Shown here: in pieces, positions 21,328 through 31,112 of the stretch
Position numbering within the stretch: the first letter of the stretch is position 1
Layout: every line of letters starts with the position of its first letter
Position numbers and translations under genes: made by a program
Notes under the pieces: model-generated
What the model was told of the DNA's origin: nothing
Seen by the model: only the letters and a program-made list of their open reading frames with translations
The model's database searches: none
DNA from: an uncultured delta proteobacterium
GTDB lineage: Bacteria; Desulfobacterota; Desulfomonilia; Desulfomonilales; Desulfomonilaceae
Length of the DNA stretch: 64,000 bases
Reading direction: 5' to 3'
NCBI GenBank assembly: GCA_963789265.1
Contig: CAWBKB010000007.1
Location: forward strand, 64,001 to 128,000

Positions 21328-22545
21328 ATGACAGATCTGGATCTTATGAAGACTCTAACCCAGAAAAGCGACTCCAAGATCGTTCTTCTGGTAATGGACG
21401 GCCTTGGGGGCCTGCCACAGGAAATCGGCGGACCAACCGAACTGGAAGCCGCGGATACGCCAAATCTGGACCGTCTTGCCAGGGAAGGCATGTTGGGGCT
21501 CATGCACCCCGTCGCGATCGGCATATCGCCCGGGAGTGGACCGGGCCATCTAGGGCTTTTCGGGTACGACCCTTTGAAATATCTCATCGGTAGAGGAGTC
21601 CTCGAAGCAGTCGGCATAGGGCTGAACTTGACGAATCAAGACGTGGCCGCTCGCGGAAATTTCTGCACCGTAGACGAGAGCGGGGTGATAACCGACCGCC
21701 GGGCCGGCAGAATCAGCACCGAGGAGTGCTCCCGCATGGTCGGCTTGATAGAAGACATTTCTCTGCCGGGTGTTGACTTGATAGTTAAGCCGGTTAGAGA
21801 CTACCGTTTTGTGCTTGTCCTCAGAGGTTCCGGGCTCTCGCCGAGTCTCAATGAGACCGATCCTCAAAAAACCGGCCTGAGGCCCCTGACCGTTGAGCCC
21901 GAGGGGGATTCCGATGCTGCTTGGCACACTGCGGATCTTGTCAATCAGTGGATAGACAAAGTCAGAGATCGGATCAAGGATCAGCACCCAGCCAACATGG
22001 TTACTCTTCGGGGATGGTCTCGAGAGCCTGGCCTGCCGAGCTTCCAGGAGATATTCAAACTCAACGCGGCCGCTCTAGCCGTTTATCCCATGTACAAGGG
22101 ATTGGCTAGCCTCGTTGGCATGACCCTTATCCAAGGGCTTACCGACCTTGACAGCCAACTTGAAGCGCTCCGCAACGTTTGGGATGCTCATGATTTCTTC
22201 TTCGTGCATTATAAGTACACTGACAGCCGAGGAGAAGACGGAAACTTCGATGCGAAGGTCAAGGAGATAGAAAAGGTCGACCGTATCGTACCGAGAATAC
22301 TGGAGCAAAAGCCCGACGTGTTGGTAGTTACCGGCGATCACTCCACGCCGGCAGTATTAAAGTCGCATAGCTGGCATCCTGTTCCGCTGCTCTTTTGGGC
22401 TCCCGGTGTGACACGTGCAAATCCGGATGTCCGAGGCTTCGGCGAGAGCCAATGCCTTCGGGGTGCCTTAGGCCAGTTCAAAGGGTCAGATCTCATGAAG
22501 CTCATAACGGCTTACGGGAAAAGACAGGCAAAGTACGGGGCATAG
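21328..22545 (+). CDS. apgM: 2,3-bisphosphoglycerate-independent phosphoglycerate mutase, archaeal type
   Basis: VMDGLGG, TPNLD, PGSGPGHL, GRGVLEA, ITDRRAGRI, TGDHSTP, HSWHPVP. Confidence 0.93.
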   Translation: MTDLDLMKTLTQKSDSKIVLLVMDGLGGLPQEIGGPTELEAADTPNLDRLAREGMLGLMHPVAIGISPGSGPGHLGLFGYDPLKYLIGRGVLEAVGIGLNLTNQDVAARGNFCTVDESGVITDRRAGRISTEECSRMVGLIEDISLPGVDLIVKPVRDYRFVLVLRGSGLSPSLNETDPQKTGLRPLTVEPEGDSDAAWHTADLVNQWIDKVRDRIKDQHPANMVTLRGWSREPGLPSFQEIFKLNAAALAVYPMYKGLASLVGMTLIQGLTDLDSQLEALRNVWDAHDFFFVHYKYTDSRGEDGNFDAKVKEIEKVDRIVPRILEQKPDVLVVTGDHSTPAVLKSHSWHPVPLLFWAPGVTRANPDVRGFGESQCLRGALGQFKGSDLMKLITAYGKRQAKYGA

Positions 22546-22665
22546 GAATAAATAGAAAGGAAGTAAGAATAACCGGGGAGATCCTCCTTCGAAAACTATC
22601 CGCGTTAAATTGGGGCTGGTTGCCCCGGTCGTGACCACTTAAGACGGCTGATCAGCGATCAAGGT

Positions 22666-22749
22666 CCCCCTTTTCTAAAGGGGGATTTAGGGGGATTTTC
22701 AATATGCTAGACTAAAATCCCCCCTAGCCTCCCTTTACAAAAGGGGGGA
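22666..22749. repeat. CCCCC...AAAGGGGG double-hairpin REP-like element
   Basis: Two inverted hairpins; related half copy near 28985-29020. Confidence 0.75.
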
Positions 22750-22772
22750 AACAAATCGGTAATTTAACGCCT

Positions 22773-23757
22773 ATGCCCCGAAAAACTCCTGAAAATAAAA
22801 TGGCACTTTCAGACGTTCACCCGTTTCACCGCTTCGAACCGTGGCAAGTTTGGCCCGGCTCTTACGACAATGCCGCTCCTGATGGATTTTACCCATCTCC
22901 CGGTAACTCGGCCCTCAGGATTACTCCCTCAACGCTCATTGCGTCGATGGGCTCCTGTTTTGCTCGTGAAATCAAGTCTGTACCTAGTACGCGAAGGATT
23001 TTCATACATCACCGAGGAAGTCCATCATCCGGCCTCCAAACATGCAAGCGCGGCCTGGGAAAGGGTCTACAACCTTTTTTCCATGCGGCAGATCTTCGAG
23101 TACACGTTCGGAGATTGGGCACCGTCACAGAGGTGGTGGGAAGCCCCGCTGTCCGGAAGGATTCAGGACCCGTTTCGTAGAATTATCCTGTATGACAGCA
23201 TCGACGAGGCCGAAGAAGATTTTCAGCGTCATCGGATTTGTTCTCGAAAGGTGCTGGAAAGCGCGGAGGTGCTGATCCTGACTCTGGGGCTTACAGAAAT
23301 TTGGCAGGATGCATCGGATGGCTCGGTGATTTGCCTCCCTTCAGGTCCTTATGTCAACGAAGGGGGAGACATGAGCCGCTATGAGTTCCGTGTGAGTCGG
23401 TACGCGGAAAACCTTGCAAATCTGGACCGCATTCATGCCGTTATGGCCGTGCACAACCCGGCGTGCAGACTGATCGTCACTGTTTCTCCGGTACATCTCT
23501 GGGCCACATTTCGCAGAGATCTGGATGTGATCAGCGCGAGCTGCAACTCCAAATCCGTTTTGCGAGCGGTAGCCGACGATTTTTGTGCACAGCATGAAAA
23601 TGCCTTTTATTTTCCCGCGTTTGAGATTGCTTCCATATACAGGCCGCTCATGGGACAGCCGACCTATGCCGAGGGTCGCGAGAATTTTCATGTAAATCAA
23701 GATACGGTTGACTTTATAATGAAGACCTTCTTCGAGTTCTACGCTCGAAGGGACTGA
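22773..23757 (+). CDS. GSCFA-domain protein (frameshift near 22977)
   Basis: MGSCFARE in the first ORF; LTLGLTEIW, VTVSPV, SKSVLR, YFPAFE in the second. Confidence 0.85.
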
Positions 23758-23877
23758 AAGAGTTCAGTTCGCGTTTCATTTATCAGCCGACATAATGGTT
23801 TGTTGACAAGTACGCTGAGATATTGCTAGAATTCATTTGTAGGGAGGGAAATCCCATGAGGAGGGATTTTCGTCCCA

Positions 23878-24852
23878 ATGCGTGTTTCTGCGGAAACCTC
23901 CGTTTCTTCGGACTGGCTCGACTCCAGGGTCGAACCGTGCCCTCGGTCGCCGCTTCCCTTCCGTCTGCCTTTCCTCGTCTTAGCGGGCTTCTTCCTCTGC
24001 TCGTGCACGCTCCTGTCACAATCCCCATTCCTTGCTCGCGCGAGCGAGATACCACTCTTAAAAGAGAGCAGCCCATTGATCAGTGATCCCTCGGGCCGGG
24101 TCCCGTATCAGAGATGGAGGGTACCCCCGTGGAACAAAGACATGCGATATATTTGGATGGTGGGCAATTATGATTTCAGACGATCCGATCGCGTAGAGTT
24201 GGTCCTATATTTTCACGGCATGCACTCTAAAGACTATTACCGGGCATTTCACAAGGAGTTGGAATTACTTGCTGAGAAGAGGCCCCATCGTCCGTTTCTT
24301 TTCGTGGGATTTGTGGACACACCCTTCCCTCCTTCAAAAGGTAAAAACCGGGATCGTTGGGGCTTATTGGTTCCACACAAGGGGGAAAGACCGGATCTTC
24401 TCTGCAAAACCGTTAATCGCGTCTTCAAAGCTATCCGTACGACATTCCCTAATGTACGAAAAGACAAGACTTCCATCGTATTAGCCGGATTTTCGGGAGG
24501 CGGGCGCGTCCTGAGCTCGATTGGAAACTGGCTGGTACACAGCAAAGGAAACGACCCGTACGCGGAGGTCTTTCGCAGCAAGCTCAGCAAGATCGTTTAC
24601 TTCGATTGCTGGTTTGACAATGATGACGTAAATACGGTCCCTACGCTGCTGGAAAACAATCCGCGTATGAAAATCGTGGGCACGGTCCACATGAAGAAAC
24701 CCTTGGAACATGCCATAATTCTGGCCGGCAAATACAAGATGAAAGCCGACAGGAAGAACAATGAGCTTGTGGGGCTCGGCGGTCGACTCGTAATATTCCG
24801 TGATCAGTCCCATTGGAGAGCTATGATAGACCGACTGGCCGCGGCTCTTTGA
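23878..24852 (+). CDS. Hypothetical exported protein, alpha/beta-hydrolase-like
   Basis: LVLYFHG, LAGFSGGG nucleophile-elbow-like motif, VYFDCW; N-terminal hydrophobic segment. Confidence 0.65.
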   Translation: MRVSAETSVSSDWLDSRVEPCPRSPLPFRLPFLVLAGFFLCSCTLLSQSPFLARASEIPLLKESSPLISDPSGRVPYQRWRVPPWNKDMRYIWMVGNYDFRRSDRVELVLYFHGMHSKDYYRAFHKELELLAEKRPHRPFLFVGFVDTPFPPSKGKNRDRWGLLVPHKGERPDLLCKTVNRVFKAIRTTFPNVRKDKTSIVLAGFSGGGRVLSSIGNWLVHSKGNDPYAEVFRSKLSKIVYFDCWFDNDDVNTVPTLLENNPRMKIVGTVHMKKPLEHAIILAGKYKMKADRKNNELVGLGGRLVIFRDQSHWRAMIDRLAAAL

Positions 24853-25005
24853 GATAGTGACCGACAAAAAGTCTATTCGGCCGCTTTCTTTGCGAGAAAG
24901 GGAGAATGTAGTTTGGTGCAATTCCACCAAGTAGAGGGCTTTTTGGCCCAATTCTCCTCTGACAATATTAGATAATTAATACAAGATGTTATCCGTCAAT
25001 GCTCC

Positions 25006-25035
25006 TTGACGGCCGGACTTGGGGTGTGCTATAAG
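25006..25035 (+). promoter_or_regulatory. Sigma-70 promoter candidate for folC-lptD
   Basis: TTGACG-N18-TATAAG with an extended -10 TG. Confidence 0.45.
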
Positions 25036-25071
25036 ACGCCAAACCGCACCAGTTCCGGCGGAGGTTCGAGC

Positions 25072-26370
25072 ATGCTCTCACCATTGCTGCAAAGCATCGA
25101 CGTGAATTACAAAGCAACCATAGACTTTTTGTACAGCCTGGATCGGTTCGGTATACTTCTGGGGCTGGAGAATATCGGCCTGTTGCTGGACAGGCTGGGC
25201 AATCCTCAAAGAAAATTTCCGGTCGTGCACGTGGGCGGAAGTAACGGGAAGGGATCCACGGCTTCCCTTATCCACGAGGTGCTTCGAGAGGCCGGACTAA
25301 ACACTGCTCTTTACACCTCTCCTCATCTGAACGATTTTCGAGAAAGGATAAGATTGAATGGAGCTATGATCGCCAAAGAAGCCCTCATAGCTTCCACAGA
25401 TAAAGTTCGGTCGTTGTACGATCCTGGGCGAACGACCTTTTTCGAGTTCACTACTGCCGTGGCTTTTGACTGCATGGCCCAAGTTCGGCCCGACCTTGCC
25501 GTTATAGAAGTCGGTCTTGGGGGACGACTGGACGCGACAAATACAGTCTCACCCTGCCTCACCCTGATCACCGACATATCGCGTGAACACGAGGACTACC
25601 TCGGTGTGGGCATCTCTGCTGTGGCCCGGGAAAAGGCCGGGATCATCAAGCACGGAGTACCTCTCGTAGCGGGGGCCACTCGGCACGAAGCTGGAGCAAT
25701 CATCCGCGAAACTGCGCGGGACCTTCGGGTGCATGTGAGTGAATTCGGCCGCGACTTCGCCGGTGTCAGGACAGGACTCGGTCGCTTCACTTATAGATCC
25801 GACTCTCTGACTTTGGAGAATCTGTCCCTTTCCATGCCCGGGAGTCATCAGATCAAGAACGCGGCCCTGGCGGTTGCGGCAATCGAGCAACTGAGGTCCC
25901 AGGGATATAGGATTTCGGATCGTGCTATTAGAGAGGGGCTGAGGAAAACTCGATTTCCCGGGAGATTTGAAGTCCTCCGGCGGCGTCCGGACGTGGTTAT
26001 AGACGGCGCTCATACTCCTGAAGGAATGAGGTTACTTAAGAGCACCCTGAAGCAAGTTTACCCCGGGAATAGACCTTACATGCTCCTTGGAATGCTAAGA
26101 GACAAGAATTACGAGACATTGATCGAAATAATCGCCCCTTTAGCCTTGGAAGCGGTCTGTGTTCCGCCCCAAAGCGATAGGGCGTTGAATCCGGACATAC
26201 TGGCGGCACACGTTCGAGTTCGCGGCGTGCCCGCTACTACGCACGAGGATATTACTGAAGGCTTTAAGCTACTTTTGAAAAAAGTCTCTGACAGAGACGT
26301 GATCGTCGCGGCTGGATCGCTGTACATGATCGGTCCGGTGAGGCGAGCTTGCGGAATCGGAGACGACTGA
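25072..26370 (+). CDS. folC: Folylpolyglutamate/dihydrofolate synthase
   Basis: HVGGSNGKGST, YTSPHL, TFFE, EVGLGGRLDATN, REKAGIIK, DGAH, GSLY. Confidence 0.96.
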   Translation: MLSPLLQSIDVNYKATIDFLYSLDRFGILLGLENIGLLLDRLGNPQRKFPVVHVGGSNGKGSTASLIHEVLREAGLNTALYTSPHLNDFRERIRLNGAMIAKEALIASTDKVRSLYDPGRTTFFEFTTAVAFDCMAQVRPDLAVIEVGLGGRLDATNTVSPCLTLITDISREHEDYLGVGISAVAREKAGIIKHGVPLVAGATRHEAGAIIRETARDLRVHVSEFGRDFAGVRTGLGRFTYRSDSLTLENLSLSMPGSHQIKNAALAVAAIEQLRSQGYRISDRAIREGLRKTRFPGRFEVLRRRPDVVIDGAHTPEGMRLLKSTLKQVYPGNRPYMLLGMLRDKNYETLIEIIAPLALEAVCVPPQSDRALNPDILAAHVRVRGVPATTHEDITEGFKLLLKKVSDRDVIVAAGSLYMIGPVRRACGIGDD

Positions 26371-28665
26371 TAGTGTTTCTTCCCCACAATCGCCACGCAG
26401 GCCGAATCTCTCGAGCCGGCTGTCTATGTGTTTTGCTGATATCTGTGGTGTTTTGCGTGTCCCTCGCGAGCGGCCAAGAAGCCAAAGGCAAAAGACCGAA
26501 TATAGCCGATATTTCCAAACAGTCGACCATTCTCCCCACTAACATCCCCATTCAGATGTCGGCCGAAAGATTGTCATTTAACTACGAGAAAAACACGTAC
26601 ACCGCTCTGGGCAAAGTCACACTGAGCCAGGGAAACACTCGATTGCGCGCTGACAGTATTGTGTACCAAGGCAATACGGGCGATCTAACTGCCAAGGGCA
26701 AGGTTATCGTTCGAATGGGAAGCGATGTGATCGAGGCGGAGAAAATCACAATCAACCTGGCCGGAGCCACGGGCGTTCTATACAACGGGAAGCTGCTTCT
26801 GACCAAGAACAACATTTATCTTGAAGGGAAAAAGCTTGAAAAAACAGGTAAATCTACATACGTAGTGAAGGAAGGGAGCTTCACCACTTGCAACGGGGCC
26901 ACTCCGGACTGGAAGATCACAGGCAAGGACCTGGAAGTTACCCTCGAGGGCTATGGTACTCTCAGGCACGGGTTCTTCTACATCAAAAACATCCCGGTTT
27001 TTTATCTCCCCTGGTTGATGTACCCTGCCAAGCGCAAGCGCCAGAGCGGTTTCCTTATGCCCACCCTTGCCAACAGCAGCATCAGAGGCTTTGACATCCG
27101 ACTGCCGATCTTCCTTGATATCTCCCCGAGTATAGACGCAACGATCATCCCCAGGATTTGCACAAAGAGGGCAATACAGGCCGCGCTTGAGTTCCGGGTA
27201 CTTTCCGTACGAAGACTTTCAAGGGCGCTTTTACGGCGAGTATACGTACGATTGGAAATATGGGCCCGAAACAAATCCAAAGAGCCACCGCTTCTATGTG
27301 ACCTGGCGACACGATCAGGAATTCGCTCGCGAGATCAAGCTCAAAGCCAACGGAAACTGGGTTTCAGACAGGAACTATTTCGAGTTCTGGGGAGGCAAAT
27401 TCGACAGACGCCTGCGAGTGCGTTATCTGGAATCAAACTTAATCCTGTATAAACAGTTGAACAACTTCCTTTTTGAAGCGGAGGCGAGACATTTTGACAA
27501 TCTCGACGTGCCCGACAACGCTGTTACGGTCCAGAACCTTCCTATAGCGACCGGCACCGTGTTCAACCAACAGATTCCTTACACGCCGTTATATGTGAGT
27601 TCAAATCTTGTTTACGACTATTTTTACGCCCCGCGCATGAATCAACAGTGGTTGGGAAGTCGTTTGCAGATGAACACGCGGCTTAGCCTGCCGCTTGCCC
27701 TTGGGCATTATCTGAAAGTGGAGCCCTCCATGAGGTATTTCCCAAAGGCGTATGCGGCCGATTATTATGAGCATGATAAAAGCGTAAACTCGGTCAACGC
27801 CTTGCGCGCCGATCTATATCAGGTCAATGCAGACGCCTTCACGGACCTGGACAGTGTGTACCTCGGTTCCTTTTTGGGGTTCCAACGAGTCAAACATACG
27901 ATTCGTCCTCGTATTTCCTGGATCTATAGACCTTTTCGCAGTCAGCAGACTTATCCCTATTTTGATGAGACCGACCGGTTGGACCGTGCAAGTTTACTTA
28001 CAGCGGAATTGCGCCAAACTTTAACGGGGCGGGTCGGGCCCGGCGAGTATCTGGACTTTATGACCTTGAGCATTTCCCAGGGGTATGATTTTGCAAATCC
28101 CAGGTCAGCGGAGGATTTCTCGAGAGGCAAGCCGCACTGGTATCAGTACGGTTGGACGAACTCTGATGTTGAATTGACAATAAGGCCTCATTCTCTCATA
28201 GATCTCACGGCTCAGGCGCTGTACGACCCGGTTCTGGACCAGATCCGACGATATAGTGTCAACTTGGGGCTCATGGACCATAGGGGCGACGAAGTCCGAA
28301 TATTGCATCAGTTTACTGAGGCCGACAGGCCGGAGGACATGAACCGCCAGACGGATGTGAACCTGGTGGTAAAGTTGACATCAGACCTCGATTGTTTCGT
28401 TGAGAACCAGTACACACACCAGTTTGATTTCTCATATTTCACGAGCTTCGGGTTAAATTACCACCCGCAGTGTTGGAACCTATTGCTGCGATATTCCGAG
28501 ATTCGTGAGCAGGACCCTATTTCCAAAAAGATAAAGGAGCCGGACCAAACGGTCTTCATGACTCTTTCCCTGTACGGACTTGGACAGATCTACCGCTTTA
28601 CGAGAGACTGGAGCGAGATTCTGGGCCACACTCCCGAGTCAACCAGTTCCACTCCTATCAGATGA
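26349..28665 (+). CDS. lptD: LPS-assembly protein LptD (+1 frameshift near 27197)
   Basis: OstA-like N-terminus, FTTC...PDW, PVFYLPW, RQSGFLMP; beta-barrel C-terminal part with QCW; start uncertain. Confidence 0.88.
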
Positions 28666-28736
28666 GTTGAGAGGCTGCCAATTCGGCCATATATACCCAT
28701 TGCCAAAAGTTTGTCAGATTAGAAGTAGCTTCACAC

Positions 28737-28822
28737 CGTCATTCCGGCGAAGGGCGGAATCCAGTCTTTTCAATCCCGCGTTCCTCGCGGGACTGGACCC
28801 CGGATCGGAGTCCGGGGTGACG
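28737..28822. repeat. CGTC-type REP pair
   Basis: CGTCATTCCGGCGAAGGGCGGAATCCAG...CTGGACCCCGGATCGGAGTCCGGGGTGACG; relatives at 51617 and 60557. Confidence 0.75.
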
Positions 28823-28957
28823 GGTGGTGAACAGGTCATTAGTTTTGTCAACGGCCATATATGCTTCATCGGCGGCCGAAAGCAATTGCGCACGCAGCTT
28901 CAATGGGTTACTATCCCTCGCTGGATTGATTGTACCTCTGGTAGAAACACGAATTGA

Positions 28958-29046
28958 TACCAATTCGCGTTCAAAATTGTGAGAAAATCCCCTCTAACCC
29001 CCCTTTAGTAAAGGAGGGAAGTGGGGATTATGAATGCGAATTGGTA
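28958..29046. mobile_element. MITE-like element with TACCAATTCGC terminal inverted repeats and TGA target duplication
   Basis: TIRs TACCAATTCGCGTTCA / TGAATGCGAATTGGTA (15/16 match), TGA on both sides. Confidence 0.75.
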
Positions 29047-30827
29047 TGAGTATCTTTATGGAATTAGAGAGTAGTACAGCCGCGACAAAATCTGCGCTAC
29101 CCGCCGGAGCGTACAATCCTCCGATGGTACCCGCGGTGTCCCTGAATTCACAGGCCTCTGACACGAACCCCCGACAAAGCATCATTTTCACCTGCGCATT
29201 CTTTTTTGCGGTTTGGTGGCTGCTGTTTTTCCTGGGTCACTGGGCTGAACCCGTGGTTCATCCGTACTTCGATCAAGTCGGGATAAGAGACGCAGGAACG
29301 CTTTTCAGCTACTACGCTTCCCGGCCTGAACCGTTTAAGACGCTCATCGGCCGGGCCATGCTTCACATTGAAGGCCCTCTCCAGTTCCTGCTCCTCAATG
29401 CGTATTGCTACGCCATCGGCAACCTGTTGCCGCTTAACCCATCTACCCTCCAATTCCCCAACACGGTGTTCGCCTTTCTTGCCACGGTGTTCGCCTTTCT
29501 TTTGGGTACCAAGCTGGTATCTCGGCGCCTGGGCTACTGCTGCGCTCTGGCCTATGCTTGCAACCCCTGGTTGGGCGAAACGATGAGACAGCCGTGGGTG
29601 TTCAATACCCTATCCTGCTTGCTCCATTTTTCCATCTTTTACTGTTTCGTGAGACTTTGCGAGAATACTGAATCCCGATTCTACAGGATTGCCGCTCCGG
29701 CAGCTCTGGCAGCGTACCTTTTCACCGGTATGGATTGGCCGTCATTTCTGTTCGCTCTCGTGCTGTTTCTGGCCACTTGCGGCCGACTGAGGCTCATGCT
29801 GAGGAATCCATACAACTTGCTGATCGCGGCAGCCGCCATAGTTCAGATTGCATGGCCGCTGGCTCTGGCTCTTACCGGCAGAGGGCGCTGGCTGAATGGC
29901 ACCATGCTTCTCTATCCATTCATGCGTTACGGCGACCTGACCACGAACCCCGACTTCTGGTCCAGAATATGGGAAAGCGTGATCAAGGGCTGGGGACCGC
30001 AGTTGGCATTTGCTACCGCGGGCCTCGTTCTGTATGTTGTTGGCCGGAGAGGCGAGCTTTCCCGTGACCGGATGCGCCGGGCTTTCTTCGACAGTATGTG
30101 CGTCTGGTTTGTTGGCGCCGGCTATGCCCTATTTCGGTCTTCCTCATCGGAAACCTACCTTTATGTGGCGGCGATGCCCACAGCCTTGCTCGCCGGGCTG
30201 ATTCTGGTACGGCTGCGGAATCTTTATGTCGTGGCCGCAGCAGTCGTTATGATTGCTTGCCAGGTGTATATTTCCTCAGATCAATTTGTTACAAACGGGG
30301 ACGCCGGCCGTCGAGTTCTCGCTGCCGCGACGTATCTCATCGAACAGCGTCCGGACCTCCTATCAGCCGATAAGACCGCATTTCTGCCCAGAAATGTCGC
30401 TGCTGACGTAGGCCAATATGCAAGAGGGAAGAACAGACGGATCGTCATGCCAAGGGAATTTCCCGTAGATCGTCGAAAGTACTCCATCGCATCTGACGAG
30501 CAGACTCTCCTTAAATTCGTGGACACATACAACGAGCGCCGGCGGATACGGGCTGATTGGCTTGTCCTCGATACGGCCTTATTCGCAAAGGACGTCAGAT
30601 CGGCCGGCTTCTACGCCAGTCTTCGGGACGATCCGAACATTCGGTGGATAGCCCGATTCAGGGACCCCGGCGGCGAACTTTTCATCGGAGAGGTGGATCG
30701 AGGAGGAGGATCTCCAGTCGGCAGTGCCCCCCTTATGGACACCAGGCGGCTATCGGAAAAGTACGAAGCCAATTACGATAGAATTAGTTTCCTCAAGCAC
30801 AACGTGCAGTACGTGGATCATTACTGA
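29046..30827 (+). CDS. Polytopic membrane protein, GT-C glycosyltransferase-like
   Basis: Long ORF with many TM segments and a soluble C-terminus; family is inferred and the start is uncertain. Confidence 0.65.
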   Translation: MSIFMELESSTAATKSALPAGAYNPPMVPAVSLNSQASDTNPRQSIIFTCAFFFAVWWLLFFLGHWAEPVVHPYFDQVGIRDAGTLFSYYASRPEPFKTLIGRAMLHIEGPLQFLLLNAYCYAIGNLLPLNPSTLQFPNTVFAFLATVFAFLLGTKLVSRRLGYCCALAYACNPWLGETMRQPWVFNTLSCLLHFSIFYCFVRLCENTESRFYRIAAPAALAAYLFTGMDWPSFLFALVLFLATCGRLRLMLRNPYNLLIAAAAIVQIAWPLALALTGRGRWLNGTMLLYPFMRYGDLTTNPDFWSRIWESVIKGWGPQLAFATAGLVLYVVGRRGELSRDRMRRAFFDSMCVWFVGAGYALFRSSSSETYLYVAAMPTALLAGLILVRLRNLYVVAAAVVMIACQVYISSDQFVTNGDAGRRVLAAATYLIEQRPDLLSADKTAFLPRNVAADVGQYARGKNRRIVMPREFPVDRRKYSIASDEQTLLKFVDTYNERRRIRADWLVLDTALFAKDVRSAGFYASLRDDPNIRWIARFRDPGGELFIGEVDRGGGSPVGSAPLMDTRRLSEKYEANYDRISFLKHNVQYVDHY

Positions 30828-30832
30828 GCTTA

Positions 30833-31112
30833 TGCCATTTCGCTTTCGAGCAAGTGACACCGTGTTTCCGGTGGGACAGGCATCCTGCCTGTCGTTATGC
30901 CCGTGGACGCGGGCATCTGTAGGGCCGAATGGCATTCGCCCTGGGCGACCGCCGGTCGCCCCCCTACATTCCCTGGATCGAGTCCGGGGTGATCCCGGGA
31001 AACGCGGGACAGGCAGTCCCGCGTTCCGCGCGGGATGCCCCACCATATCCTGTCCACGATTGTCACTTGTTTGATGGGGAAGCGGTATCACTTGCTTGTA
31101 AGCGAACCGGTA
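30833..31112. mobile_element. MITE-like element carrying several REP hairpins
   Basis: Degenerate TIRs TGCCATTTCGCTTTCGAGCAAGTGA / TCACTTGCTTGTAAGCGAACCGGTA, same family as 40658-40863. Confidence 0.7.
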
